Numbered from the stretch's first letter, positions 1-8,567 are shown. The stretch: DNA of 39,364 bases from a virus (IMGVR_UViG_3300008255_000057:1-39364), one strand, 5' to 3'. Program-made: numbers and translations. Notes: generated from the sequence alone by a model not told the origin.

Positions 1-123
1 ATCGTCATCGTCGGTGATTGCCGCCGTGCCGTCGATGGCGAGAGTACCGGACGCGCTGACGGTATCGTCATCGTCGGTGATTGCCGCCGTGCCGTCGATG
101 GCGAGAGTACCGGACGCGCTGAC
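1..123. repeat. 63-bp perfect tandem repeat (1-63 and 64-123 partial); copy number probably collapsed in assembly
   Basis: atcgtcatcgtcggtgattgccgccgtgccgtcgatggcgagagtaccggacgcgctgac occurs identically at 1 and 64; its first 33 nt recur at 39332-39364. Confidence 0.95.
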
Positions 124-855
124 AGATAATAATTGTAACCCTCTATTTCTTGACTGACGAACAAGAAGCCAAGGATTTTTTGCTAATTGAAAGTGTTCAT
201 CAGCCGACAAGTAACGATCAAAGGTGTACCAAACATAAGTATTTGCGGTGATCGGTGCAACACTGATCCTAAAACCAAAATTATTCGTTGTGCTTACTGT
301 TGTAAACATCCCGCTTGGGCGGGTTTGTGACATATAAAGTGCGCCATCAACGTACACGGCATAAGGGCTTCCCGAAGCTGAAATGTCAATCGATCCGCCC
401 ACCGTGACCGGCACGTTGTTCACAAGCGCCCCTGCTGCGCCTGTTTTATCAAAGTCTGAACCGGAAACAGGGCGAATCAACAATCGAATGTCGGAACTTG
501 AACCGCCGGTTAATAAGGCCAAAGGCGCCTTATTTCCCGCGTCATATTCTCCCATGATCGTTTTTGTGGGAGAAAGGGATATCGGTGTCAGGTACGCAAA
601 AACACTATACTGGTTGCGTCCGCCTAGATGCGGACGCCCAGTCTGTAAATAATCGCTAGCCGTAGTTGAAAGATAACCGCCGCGAGAATCAAATCCTATA
701 CTAGGCGAACCTGATATATTTTTTAATTGATGGCCTTGATCGGTAAGACTGTACGGCCGAAAGTTTTCGCCAAATACCCAAGCCCCAATGCACGCATTCG
801 CAAGGGGATGGTCCAGATTCAATTCAAGTAAAGGAGCAGTCGGGCGTAGAAACAT
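1..855 (-). CDS. LamG/concanavalin-like domain protein with 21-aa tandem repeats (putative virion fibre protein), 5' part; continues across the contig junction into 39173..39331
   Basis: Manual translation from ATG 855: MFLRPTAPLLELNLDHPLANACIGAWVFGE...AVYVDG...VWYTFDRYLSADEHFQLAKNPW, then (VSASGTLAIDGTAAITDDDDT)x2. No stop before base 1. Missed by the ORF track because it spans the ends. Confidence 0.75.
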   Translation of the reverse strand, partial: MFLRPTAPLLELNLDHPLANACIGAWVFGENFRPYSLTDQGHQLKNISGSPSIGFDSRGGYLSTTASDYLQTGRPHLGGRNQYSVFAYLTPISLSPTKTIMGEYDAGNKAPLALLTGGSSSDIRLLIRPVSGSDFDKTGAAGALVNNVPVTVGGSIDISASGSPYAVYVDGALYMSQTRPSGMFTTVSTTNNFGFRISVAPITANTYVWYTFDRYLSADEHFQLAKNPWLLVRQSRNRGLQLLSVSASGTLAIDGTAAITDDDDTVSASGTLAIDGTAAITDDDD

Positions 856-860
856 AATAA

Positions 861-1358
861 CTACGCGTTTGTATAGGTAATGCCTTGGTATTCGATGGCA
901 TGATTACTGCCGGTTGCGTCAAGCGCCGCGCCGGTATTGTGCACAATAAACACACCCCAATCTTTCGGCATGATGCCACCGAAAATAGCGGCAATCGAAA
1001 GGCCGCCAAAATAATACGTTCTTGATGTTGTGTCGCTTACATCAATAACCAGCGCTCTTTTCATTAATCTTTTAACACCAACATTCGCAAGGGACAAAGC
1101 AGCATCCGACCCCGTAGCACCCGCCGAATAGCTGACGCCCTCAATGGCGTTTGAATAAATCCAAATCTCGATTGACGTATTGGCCGTGGTCGTTCCGGTC
1201 TTAATCTTGCCTCGAAGAATTGCATCGTCGTATTTATTTGTGCCGTTTGGAATAACAGTGCTTTCACGACCAGCAAGAAGATTGCTGTCCGTTGCGAGAC
1301 TTGTCAAAGTTATTGTGATAGCCGCCGCCGTGGCATAATTAGGATTGATAGTAGACAT
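861..1358 (-). CDS. Putative virion fibre-associated beta-rich protein
   Basis: ORF track 861..1367; ATG 1358 follows AAGGA. Thr/Ala/Ser-rich beta composition; lies in the late operon. Confidence 0.55.
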   Translation of the reverse strand: MSTINPNYATAAAITITLTSLATDSNLLAGRESTVIPNGTNKYDDAILRGKIKTGTTTANTSIEIWIYSNAIEGVSYSAGATGSDAALSLANVGVKRLMKRALVIDVSDTTSRTYYFGGLSIAAIFGGIMPKDWGVFIVHNTGAALDATGSNHAIEYQGITYTNA

Positions 1359-1370
1359 TAAACACAATCC

Positions 1371-1676
1371 TTAGATATTTAAAAATAAATTCACAAGGCC
1401 ATCAACGGCAACTTGAACCTGATTATCTGTTGCGTTCGGATAAACATTCTGAATATTTGGATCGGCAAGAACTGAAAGTGCCATCGCACGCGCCATACCG
1501 TTCGGGTCGGCTACAGTCTTTTTCGCCCAAACAAGACGTTCGGCATGAAGGCTTGTTTGGGCATCTTCATTAAAAATCGTGACTGCGGCAACATGCACGG
1601 CAACTGTCATTTGTGCAACATGCACCGAACTCGCATTATGCAATGTTGCCGCACGATCAATATATGAAAGGGTCAT
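1371..1676 (-). CDS. Hypothetical protein (possible fibre chaperone or accessory)
   Basis: 101-aa ORF tightly packed in the operon; helical pattern HAERLVWAKK...ATDNQVQVAVD. Confidence 0.55.
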   Translation of the reverse strand: MTLSYIDRAATLHNASSVHVAQMTVAVHVAAVTIFNEDAQTSLHAERLVWAKKTVADPNGMARAMALSVLADPNIQNVYPNATDNQVQVAVDGLVNLFLNI

Positions 1677-2084
1677 TTACACATTCCCGCGCGTGATGCT
1701 AAATGCTGAAATCGTGAACGCTTGACCAGCCGTAAATGAAAGGCTGTCAAGAATCATATCACCGCCGCCGCCCGATAACGTTGCAGTTCCTTGGGCATGA
1801 CAAGTGGTTCCATCGTTCGCGAACAAGCGCCAATGTGCCGCCGTTCCGGTAGCGTCCGCGCTTGTATCTTGCCATGTGCCAGATTTTGCTTTTGATCCGC
1901 CCGACGCATCAGCCATCCAGTCGAATGGTAAAGCGAGAGTTGCAAGCACCGTGCCGGTGCTTGCCGCCGCACAATTTGCGGGTGCGGCACCCGTTCGAAT
2001 TTCTAAAATAGCAGACGCACCCACCGTAGTTTCAAGTGCATCAAGTTGAGCGTTACGAACTGCCACTGATAATTGAAATGCCAT
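1677..2084 (-). CDS. Small beta-sandwich virion fibre/filament subunit-like protein
   Basis: MAFQLSVAVRNAQLDA...LEIRTGAAPANC...GTVLATL...ADATGTAAHWRL...GGGDM resembles a widespread small phage structural family; RBS AAGGA upstream. Confidence 0.6.
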   Translation of the reverse strand: MAFQLSVAVRNAQLDALETTVGASAILEIRTGAAPANCAAASTGTVLATLALPFDWMADASGGSKAKSGTWQDTSADATGTAAHWRLFANDGTTCHAQGTATLSGGGGDMILDSLSFTAGQAFTISAFSITRGNV

Positions 2085-2099
2085 TTGATTGATTTTCCT

Positions 2100-3743
2100 T
2101 TACCACATACGGGCGGTTACAAGTTTCTGAATTACCGGATAATACGCCATAACAACGGAATCGGCAAGATTGGGTGATCGCGTACCTTCGGGCGTCTTAT
2201 TTACGATCAATTTCATTGCACTTGTTGATTTTCCCGCCGTTGATTGACTTAATTCTTTTTGCAATTGGCGCAACTTCGGCAATGTGGATGGGAGGCTGAT
2301 TAATTCATCCGGCGAATATGTTACGCCCTCGGTTACGGCACGGTATGTTCGTTCAAATCGGCGGCGTAATTCCCACCACGCTTGAGCCTTCAAATTTGCA
2401 TACATATCTTTATTTAATGGTGTCTGTTTATCGTTCGGGTCAACGTGGTCTTCCGGGTTCTGCACACCAGCACCGGCAGACCACGGTTGAAACGTAATTT
2501 GTGGTTGCAATAATCCCGCTTCTTTGAGCCGGTGCGCTTCGGACTTCACGCCCGCGCCGACGCCGACGCTATCGTATTGAATTTCAACCGGCCCAACACC
2601 TTCGCACATGACCACGGCGCGGTTTGTCGTCTCGTATGTTTTACCTTCGCCCCAATCATCGCACGACAACAGCACCGCGCCTTTACGCAGCGCCAACGCG
2701 TTCTTGTCGCCGCCTTCATCGGCAACGTCCAGGCCCGCAACACATGTGCCGGTCGCTTCAAAATTCAATTTCACATGCGCGTCAATCGCCGCGTTGACCC
2801 AATCCGCCGGAATGATGACACCAGCAACAGCCGCCGCATAATTGCGGTCAACTTCTTGCGCGAAGATATGTGAAAGCCCGTCCGCTTCCGCTTTTGTCTT
2901 TCGCGTTTCATACCATTCATTAGTTTTAGCGGGATGATCCCGCCAATCCATAATAAAAACGTTGGTTTTTCCTTTTATAGCGGTTCCGCCTGTCCAAATT
3001 TCACCCGCTTCGCGCTTCCGATGAAAAACATTACCCAAACCGTTGACGCTCGATATATCAATTTGTACGCGTGTATTGTCGCTTAATGACGCTTCAATTT
3101 TTTCGGGGCGTTCGTAATGCGCGCTTTCGTCTTTGAAATAAATCAGCTTGCGCCCGCCGCGTCCGATGTTGTCGCCCGCTTCGCCTGTGATGGTTGAGCC
3201 GGTTTCGGGATTTATAATTCGCATATACGCCATGTGTTCTTGCTCAATGAAGCCACACGGCCAAAATTCTCGCGGCAACCGACGAATTATAATCCGCATC
3301 TTCTCAAAGATGCTGTCAGGGTCGCCCAATTTATCAACTAACTGTTCTTTACGTGATCCCCAACCGACCGCTGCGCCGGGATAAAACCGCCATAACCAAA
3401 CACTAAACGCGGAGCTAACCCACGTTGCGCCCATGTCGCGCGCTTTTTCAATCAATCCATTTTCTTCGCCAGCCAAACATGATTGCAAAAATTCGATCAT
3501 TTGTATCTGACGCGGGAACAAAATAAACGGCATGTATGAAGGTTTGTTGCGTCCCGCGTTGCGCGGGTCATACGTGTCGCACCAATCATTTATAAAATGA
3601 ATGGGATTTGTCCGATAATGTTCAAACGCACCGCCCCATAAATCAGGTGCGGCACGCAACGCCATTAAACGATTTTGACGATTGGTCCAGACTGTTAAAT
3701 AATTTAAAGGCCAATGCTTAACAACGGATAAAATTGCATTCAT
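2100..3743 (-). CDS. terL: Terminase large subunit
   Basis: Walker A-like EKARDMGATW, Walker B YFKDE, coupling motif ISS, nuclease GLDVADEGGDKNA and SPNLADS. Start moved to ATG 3743, just after the upstream stop. Confidence 0.92.
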   Translation of the reverse strand: MNAILSVVKHWPLNYLTVWTNRQNRLMALRAAPDLWGGAFEHYRTNPIHFINDWCDTYDPRNAGRNKPSYMPFILFPRQIQMIEFLQSCLAGEENGLIEKARDMGATWVSSAFSVWLWRFYPGAAVGWGSRKEQLVDKLGDPDSIFEKMRIIIRRLPREFWPCGFIEQEHMAYMRIINPETGSTITGEAGDNIGRGGRKLIYFKDESAHYERPEKIEASLSDNTRVQIDISSVNGLGNVFHRKREAGEIWTGGTAIKGKTNVFIMDWRDHPAKTNEWYETRKTKAEADGLSHIFAQEVDRNYAAAVAGVIIPADWVNAAIDAHVKLNFEATGTCVAGLDVADEGGDKNALALRKGAVLLSCDDWGEGKTYETTNRAVVMCEGVGPVEIQYDSVGVGAGVKSEAHRLKEAGLLQPQITFQPWSAGAGVQNPEDHVDPNDKQTPLNKDMYANLKAQAWWELRRRFERTYRAVTEGVTYSPDELISLPSTLPKLRQLQKELSQSTAGKSTSAMKLIVNKTPEGTRSPNLADSVVMAYYPVIQKLVTARMW

Positions 3744-3744
3744 A

Positions 3745-4075
3745 TTATGTGCCAACTTTTTCGTTAGTGTCAGACCAAACAAATTCGCCGTTCGCACCAA
3801 CGGGAAAATGAGCACCACAATGAACACAGAATGTACCGCTATAAAACGTCGGTTTCCGTGCGTATGTTTCGGCTATGGTTTTTATCCATTGTGGTTGTTG
3901 CCCCGCATTTAAGGTGCATATATGAACGCCGCACCGGGCGAATAAATCCCTTGGCGCGTTCATTTTCCGATAAAACAATATAATCTTTTTGTTGTCCGTT
4001 TGATTTCAATTCCCGATGTTCTGGATAAATCGGACGGCCATCAGTAAGCGTAGTCTCTGATTTATATTCGCTCAT
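3745..4075 (-). pseudogene. Small Zn-binding phage protein split by a +1 frameshift in an A5 run
   Basis: The N-half (…VLSENERAKGFIRPVRRSYMHLKCGATTTMD) and C-half (KTIAETYARKPTFYSGTFCVHCGAHFPVG…VGT) join into one ORF if one T is removed from the run at 3879-3883. Confidence 0.7.
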
Positions 4076-4077
4076 GA

Positions 4078-4596
4078 CTAGCTACCGGGATTGAGCAACA
4101 GAGCATATACTTCGGCCGCCTGTTGTGGTGTCATTTCGTTGTTAATCGTTTTTACAGGTCCGCCATTAGGTCCGCTCAATTCAACTTTATCGGTCAACAC
4201 TCCGAGACTTTTCCCAAGATTGTTCATTGATGAAGTCTTGCGAAGTTTGATCTTCGGCTGTCCGTATTTATCCCACTCGATTGATTCAACCGCTTCCGCC
4301 GCTTCATTGCTCCACTGGCTCATGGGCAATAGGAAATTAGTTGTCATATCAAAAAAATCGCGAATATCAACACGCGCACTTCGAGTTTCACGTTCGCGCC
4401 ATTCGCGCGCCTTCATGATAGCGTCGCTCTCACTTTCCTTGAGAATTTCGGCAACGCGCGCTTGAATTACATCATTTTGACGCAATGAATATTGTGGCGA
4501 GTGGTAACCAGCCAAACCAGACGCAAGATGAACGCCTTTACCTTCCGCTAATGCACGGGCAAATAATTCGTGTTTTGGTTCTTTTAAATTCGGCAT
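4078..4596 (-). CDS. terS: Terminase small subunit
   Basis: N-terminal HTH (KHELFARAL...AGY), C-terminal LGKSLGVLTDKVELSGPNGGPV tail; lies upstream of terL. Confidence 0.85.
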   Translation of the reverse strand: MPNLKEPKHELFARALAEGKGVHLASGLAGYHSPQYSLRQNDVIQARVAEILKESESDAIMKAREWRERETRSARVDIRDFFDMTTNFLLPMSQWSNEAAEAVESIEWDKYGQPKIKLRKTSSMNNLGKSLGVLTDKVELSGPNGGPVKTINNEMTPQQAAEVYALLLNPGS

Positions 4597-4635
4597 GACC
4601 GGCTCATTATATATTAATGAGCCGGTCAGGTGCAA
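4596..4635 (-). promoter_or_regulatory. Putative late promoter (TTGCAC-N18-TATAAT) inside a 14-bp perfect inverted repeat
   Basis: tgaccggctcatta (4596-4609), tatat, taatgagccggtca (4615-4628). -35 at 4635-4630 and -10 at 4611-4606 on the minus strand. Confidence 0.6.
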
Positions 4636-4694
4636 GCCGCTCTAAAATGAGCGTAAATCTGCAACATGCGTTCAATCCAATAAAAACTGCCTTT

Positions 4695-4907
4695 TCACTT
4701 CACTCCGTTCTGTTTACGAGAAATTGACCGCGCCATAATATAGACTGATGCGTTCATTTGAAAAATTTCGGTTGCCGTTCGCAATAAAATTTTTCTCGCG
4801 GCATAGGTATTTTTTGCTTTACCAACTTTGTTCAATGATAAATCGATGCGCGCACGCATCTTTTTCAATTTTTCAATGGTGGCAGATTCATACGTGTTAT
4901 GTTCCAT
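4695..4907 (-). CDS. Small basic hypothetical protein
   Basis: ATG 4907 with RBS AAGGGAG; 70 aa. Confidence 0.55.
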   Translation of the reverse strand: MEHNTYESATIEKLKKMRARIDLSLNKVGKAKNTYAARKILLRTATEIFQMNASVYIMARSISRKQNGVK

Positions 4908-5036
4908 GTTATGTGCTCCCTTCAATGAGCCGTTGAACAACAATTTTGTAGCATCGCGAAATGAGTGGTGTGATTAGCACCACTATAAACCAGCGTTATT
5001 GATTTCGTTATAATCGGCTTGTGTCTTGGTGTCACC

Positions 5037-5064
5037 ATTATATCCGGTTTAACAGGTCTGTTAA
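5037..5064 (-). promoter_or_regulatory. Sigma70-like promoter with palindromic operator
   Basis: TTAACA-GACCTGTTAAACCGGA-TATAAT-GGT, the same layout as the promoters at 9574, 9823 and 19508. Confidence 0.6.
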
Positions 5065-5441
5065 TTGCTTTTCCAATGATATTTGATCCAAAGTGATTCG
5101 AGACTATCAAACGTTGAATCATCAGCATTTATTCTCAAAAGATATTCAGCAAGATTATCAATTCCGCCGTTTGGTAGTTGTCTATCTTTTGAAATGTCCG
5201 AAACCAAACACCATTCCGAATAAATGCAATCTTCACGCTTCAATTCTTTCAACCATGCACGAAAAGTTATCGAGCGATTGGCCGGATTCAAATCACAGTG
5301 CCAGCGAACATAATTTGTCCATAACAAATTCGCCAGTGGATCGCGACCCATAAATTCCCAAAGTTGCCGCCGCGTTTCAATTGGTGGAAATAATCGACCC
5401 AAAATTATAGCAGCATAATCGGTGAATGAAACGAGTTGCAT
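5061..5441 (-). CDS. YozE/SAM-like domain protein
   Basis: C-half TFRAWLKE...LVSDISKDRQLP...LAEYL...LESLWIKY follows the YozE-like pattern; TAATG coupling to the upstream gene. Confidence 0.55.
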   Translation of the reverse strand: MQLVSFTDYAAIILGRLFPPIETRRQLWEFMGRDPLANLLWTNYVRWHCDLNPANRSITFRAWLKELKREDCIYSEWCLVSDISKDRQLPNGGIDNLAEYLLRINADDSTFDSLESLWIKYHWKSN

Positions 5442-5770
5442 TAAAAACCCTCAATCGGTTCAACAAATTCATTGGACCGCACCAAATGTTCTCGAATTGC
5501 ATCAGGCGTTGCGTTGCGAACGTCATCAATGGTGAAATTTCGAACAATGAAGATGCGAACAACCTTACCGTCAAATCGCATCGGTCGATCAACGCATTTC
5601 ATTTCCGCCCATTCGATTAACCAACGCAAGGTGTTCGTTTTAAGATTAGTTCCGCTCTGATCGTTGCAATAATCATTAATCCATCGCCGCAATTGCGGAA
5701 TAGTCGCCACGTCGGCCGTGCATAATTTTGCAAAATCTAAAACCGCATTTTGATTTGGCGATAATTTCAT
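5441..5770 (-). CDS. Stand-alone paralogue of the primase-helicase C-terminal (putative winged-helix DNA-binding) domain
   Basis: Ungapped manual alignment to the primase C-terminus gives 31/77 identical residues (AV..FA..C..D.AT..Q.R.WI..Y..DQSGT...IVRN.T). Confidence 0.8.
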   Translation of the reverse strand: MKLSPNQNAVLDFAKLCTADVATIPQLRRWINDYCNDQSGTNLKTNTLRWLIEWAEMKCVDRPMRFDGKVVRIFIVRNFTIDDVRNATPDAIREHLVRSNEFVEPIEGF

Positions 5771-5792
5771 TTTATAATTTTCCCATAATTAT

Positions 5793-5915
5793 TGCCGGTT
5801 GCCCATGTAACGCCAGTCACGCGATTCCGATACGTTTGGTCACGGCCTAATTTTAAATTATCCATATTCCAAAAGTTTAGAATATGGACAACAGGCGTTA
5901 CATGGGCAACCGGCA
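5793..5915. repeat. 22-bp perfect inverted repeat with a nested 9-bp inverted repeat; candidate replication origin
   Basis: tgccggttgcccatgtaacgcc (5793-5814) / ggcgttacatgggcaaccggca (5894-5915); inner tccatattc (5861-5869) / gaatatgga (5880-5888); AT-rich core. Confidence 0.85.
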
Positions 5916-5932
5916 TACAAAATCGTCCAAAC

Positions 5933-8395
5933 TTATTCGAGTTTCAACCAAACGTCATTTTGTCCGACAATTTGTGCAATCGATAAAACGTCTAAAACTT
6001 CTAAATTTTCAGCCGTATAATTTCGCACAATTATAATTTTTTGAGTATAACCGCTAATTTTAGCACTCTTAACCGTATTCAACATACCCGCTTTTTCGAT
6101 CCATATTTTTAAAACGCGCGAATGGGCCTTAGTTCCGGATTGGTCCGAGTTGTAGCGGTCAATCCATTCGCGAACTTGTCGCGCTGTCGCCAAGTCGCCG
6201 GGGCACTTAGCGGCGAACTCACGCACGGCGCGTTCACCTTCGCTCTGCATTTCAGATAGAGCAATCCGCTTCGCTTCATTCATCGGCGCATGTTCGCCTG
6301 GATTGAAGTCGCTCACGTCAACCCCATACATAAGGTGCGCCCAAACGGCCGATATGAACGCATCGTTATCGACTAAATCATACAACGCGGTATAGTACGC
6401 CGTGCCGCCAACATGCCGCGCGGTCGGATTAGCTATCACAGCGATTCGCCGGTCATTGTTATCGAACGGCAACGCATCGGCATGGTTGGAAAAGAACAGC
6501 CATCGCATACAGTTATGTTCAACCGCTTGAAGGCCATGCTTGACGTTGATTTCACGCGCGGCTTGATTCACTAGCGTTTTAAGCCGTTCTGATCGCGCGT
6601 ATCGCCTTGCATCTTGCATGCCAGCTTTCGCTTCATCAACGATAGCCAATAATTTTTGAGACAAGCGACCATTAAACGATCCATCCAAAACTTCCTGAAT
6701 ATCGACACCGGCAGCGACATAACCACGCAACACGCGCACAAGCACGCTTGATAGCCAATTACGGCCGGTGCCAACTTCCGGCGTGAACATCAAATAAGCG
6801 GTATGAGGCAATAATTCGGGACGCTGTAAAATATGAGCCAACCATTTTTCAAATCGCACCCGCTCCACTTCATACGGTACGAGATAGGCTAAATGATTTT
6901 GCCACGCTGCAATTGCCGCCGTCCGTTCCGGTACGTTGTCGCGGTAATAGTCCGCCCATTTTGGCTTGATCAAACCGCGCCACATATTGACGCCTTTGTA
7001 AAATGATTCCGGCACGTCACAAATTGGACCGGCGTTTGGTTTCCATGAAATTTTATCAACAATGGTTTTTTGCGACTGATATTCTTTCAACCATAATTTT
7101 ACGGTTGATACACCTTTCATAATCGGTTCACCGGTGTCTTTGTCGCGTTGTCCACTATCGATCATGGTAATCGATGATGCAAAAACATATTCACAATTAT
7201 CAACTTTATAGTCTTTGAACGTGATTCTATCTACAAACCAATTGATCGAATGCACATAAACAAAACGCTGCACCATTTCGTCAATCGTCAAAATTGGTGC
7301 AACGTGATCCTCGCGCCTAAAAACATCGCCAATTTCCTCATTGGCGCGCATTTGCTGCAATCGCCGCGCTTCATCGCGCTTATCGGCACGCGTGCCTTTG
7401 TAAACGTCGCGACACCAACGGATTGCACCGGACGTTGTGGCGTTGCGGTAATAGGGTCTCAAATTCCATTTGTCGCGTGAAGCAAGCACGGATTGCCCAA
7501 ACAGCCTTTGCATTCGCGGCCAATCTTTACCGGTCCAGAACGCAAGACGGTTCATTAACGCTTGATCGGCAGAACTCCAATCGAACGAACGCCCTTGTGC
7601 ACCGACAGTATCAGGGAAAAACTGACCTAATCGTAAATCAGCTTTCCACAACCATTCAAACGGCACGCGCTCGCGCGCCGCTTGATCGTATTGCCATTTT
7701 AAAAACGCATCATGTGGATTCGCCTGTAATTTTTCGGCCAATGATGCGATCAACGCCGCATCCGGTTCTTTATGCACCATCATTCGGCGCAATAATTCTT
7801 CATCATCTTCGGGTCCGCACCATCGCGGGTCACGCCCTACGCTCGCAACGTCCGCATCATCACCGGCACCATTCGCGCGCAACGGCACCCAATCGAGCAA
7901 CGCGGCGGTATGGTCAACCGTAGGGTCACCTTGCCATTGTCCGCCGCCGAACGCGATGAAACGCCCGGTGCGGTAAACTTCAATCCATCCGTTGAATTTA
8001 TTATAGTGCGCGGCAAAAAGCGATTTATCGAACGTGCTGCAAATTATATGCAAGCCGGTTCCCGATTGGCTGATTTCCATCGCAGCGCCGGGAAACCGCG
8101 AACAAATTTCAACGGCTTCGGGCAACCATTCGCCGGTTGTGGCGTCACGGCATGAATCAAGATCGATAAAAACAAACGGATCGTTATCGGTAAATATAAA
8201 ACCGATGCCACTATAATTACCGGACGCCATTGCCGCGCACGATTCATCATACGAGCACCAATCCGCCGGGTTTGTTGATGACGCGGGTTGACCGGTCAAC
8301 GCGTTGAATGGTATTTTATCGGCTTTCGGTTTACCGTGACGTTGAATTAATTTCCAAACGACCCATTGCCGATAGGCTTTCAACACTTCAATCAT
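5933..8395 (-). CDS. AEP primase-polymerase (NrS-1-like) fused to a helical bundle, P-loop helicase and C-terminal DNA-binding domain
   Basis: Motifs QWVVWK, FIDLD, EISQSGTGLH, IEVY...RF; DWSSADQAL..LAFW helical bundle; GTGRN Walker A variant and AIVDE Walker B. Confidence 0.88.
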   Translation of the reverse strand: MIEVLKAYRQWVVWKLIQRHGKPKADKIPFNALTGQPASSTNPADWCSYDESCAAMASGNYSGIGFIFTDNDPFVFIDLDSCRDATTGEWLPEAVEICSRFPGAAMEISQSGTGLHIICSTFDKSLFAAHYNKFNGWIEVYRTGRFIAFGGGQWQGDPTVDHTAALLDWVPLRANGAGDDADVASVGRDPRWCGPEDDEELLRRMMVHKEPDAALIASLAEKLQANPHDAFLKWQYDQAARERVPFEWLWKADLRLGQFFPDTVGAQGRSFDWSSADQALMNRLAFWTGKDWPRMQRLFGQSVLASRDKWNLRPYYRNATTSGAIRWCRDVYKGTRADKRDEARRLQQMRANEEIGDVFRREDHVAPILTIDEMVQRFVYVHSINWFVDRITFKDYKVDNCEYVFASSITMIDSGQRDKDTGEPIMKGVSTVKLWLKEYQSQKTIVDKISWKPNAGPICDVPESFYKGVNMWRGLIKPKWADYYRDNVPERTAAIAAWQNHLAYLVPYEVERVRFEKWLAHILQRPELLPHTAYLMFTPEVGTGRNWLSSVLVRVLRGYVAAGVDIQEVLDGSFNGRLSQKLLAIVDEAKAGMQDARRYARSERLKTLVNQAAREINVKHGLQAVEHNCMRWLFFSNHADALPFDNNDRRIAVIANPTARHVGGTAYYTALYDLVDNDAFISAVWAHLMYGVDVSDFNPGEHAPMNEAKRIALSEMQSEGERAVREFAAKCPGDLATARQVREWIDRYNSDQSGTKAHSRVLKIWIEKAGMLNTVKSAKISGYTQKIIIVRNYTAENLEVLDVLSIAQIVGQNDVWLKLE

Positions 8396-8567
8396 TATCT
8401 AACCCCGCAATGTACGCTCTCAATTCAGTCAACACACCTTGTGGTGCTGTTCGAGTCCCTTTGATCCATGACCGCACGGAATCAACGCGCACACTCAACA
8501 GGCGCGCTAGTCCGCGCACGCTCAATTGCGTTTGGTCGGCCAATGATGCAAATGGATTTTTAGACAA
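8388..8567 (-). CDS. Cro/XRE-like HTH protein (59 aa, not in the ORF track)
   Basis: TTG start after GGGGG. MSKNPFASLADQTQLSVRGLARLLSVRVDSVRSWIKGTRTAPQGVLTELRAYIAGLDND; its stop overlaps the primase start. Confidence 0.75.
   Translation of the reverse strand: MSKNPFASLADQTQLSVRGLARLLSVRVDSVRSWIKGTRTAPQGVLTELRAYIAGLDND

Noticed and set aside
1-123. Repeats at the contig ends as a CRISPR array or physical terminal repeats
   Set aside because: Units are contiguous with no spacers and encode an in-frame peptide repeat. The 33-nt end match looks like an assembly overlap inside the array.
1371-2084. In-frame TAA-ATG junction at 1676/1677 as another split gene
   Set aside because: The 135-aa protein ends in a natural-looking C-terminus (ITRGNV), and no motif is cut at the junction.
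3729-3743. terL and portal both begin ATGAATGCAATT (MNAI)
   Set aside because: A 12-nt AT-rich match that includes the start codon; too short to support a duplication scar.
5049-5064. TTAA...TTAA as a CtrA box
   Set aside because: Spacing is N8, whereas the CtrA consensus is TTAA-N7-TTAA.
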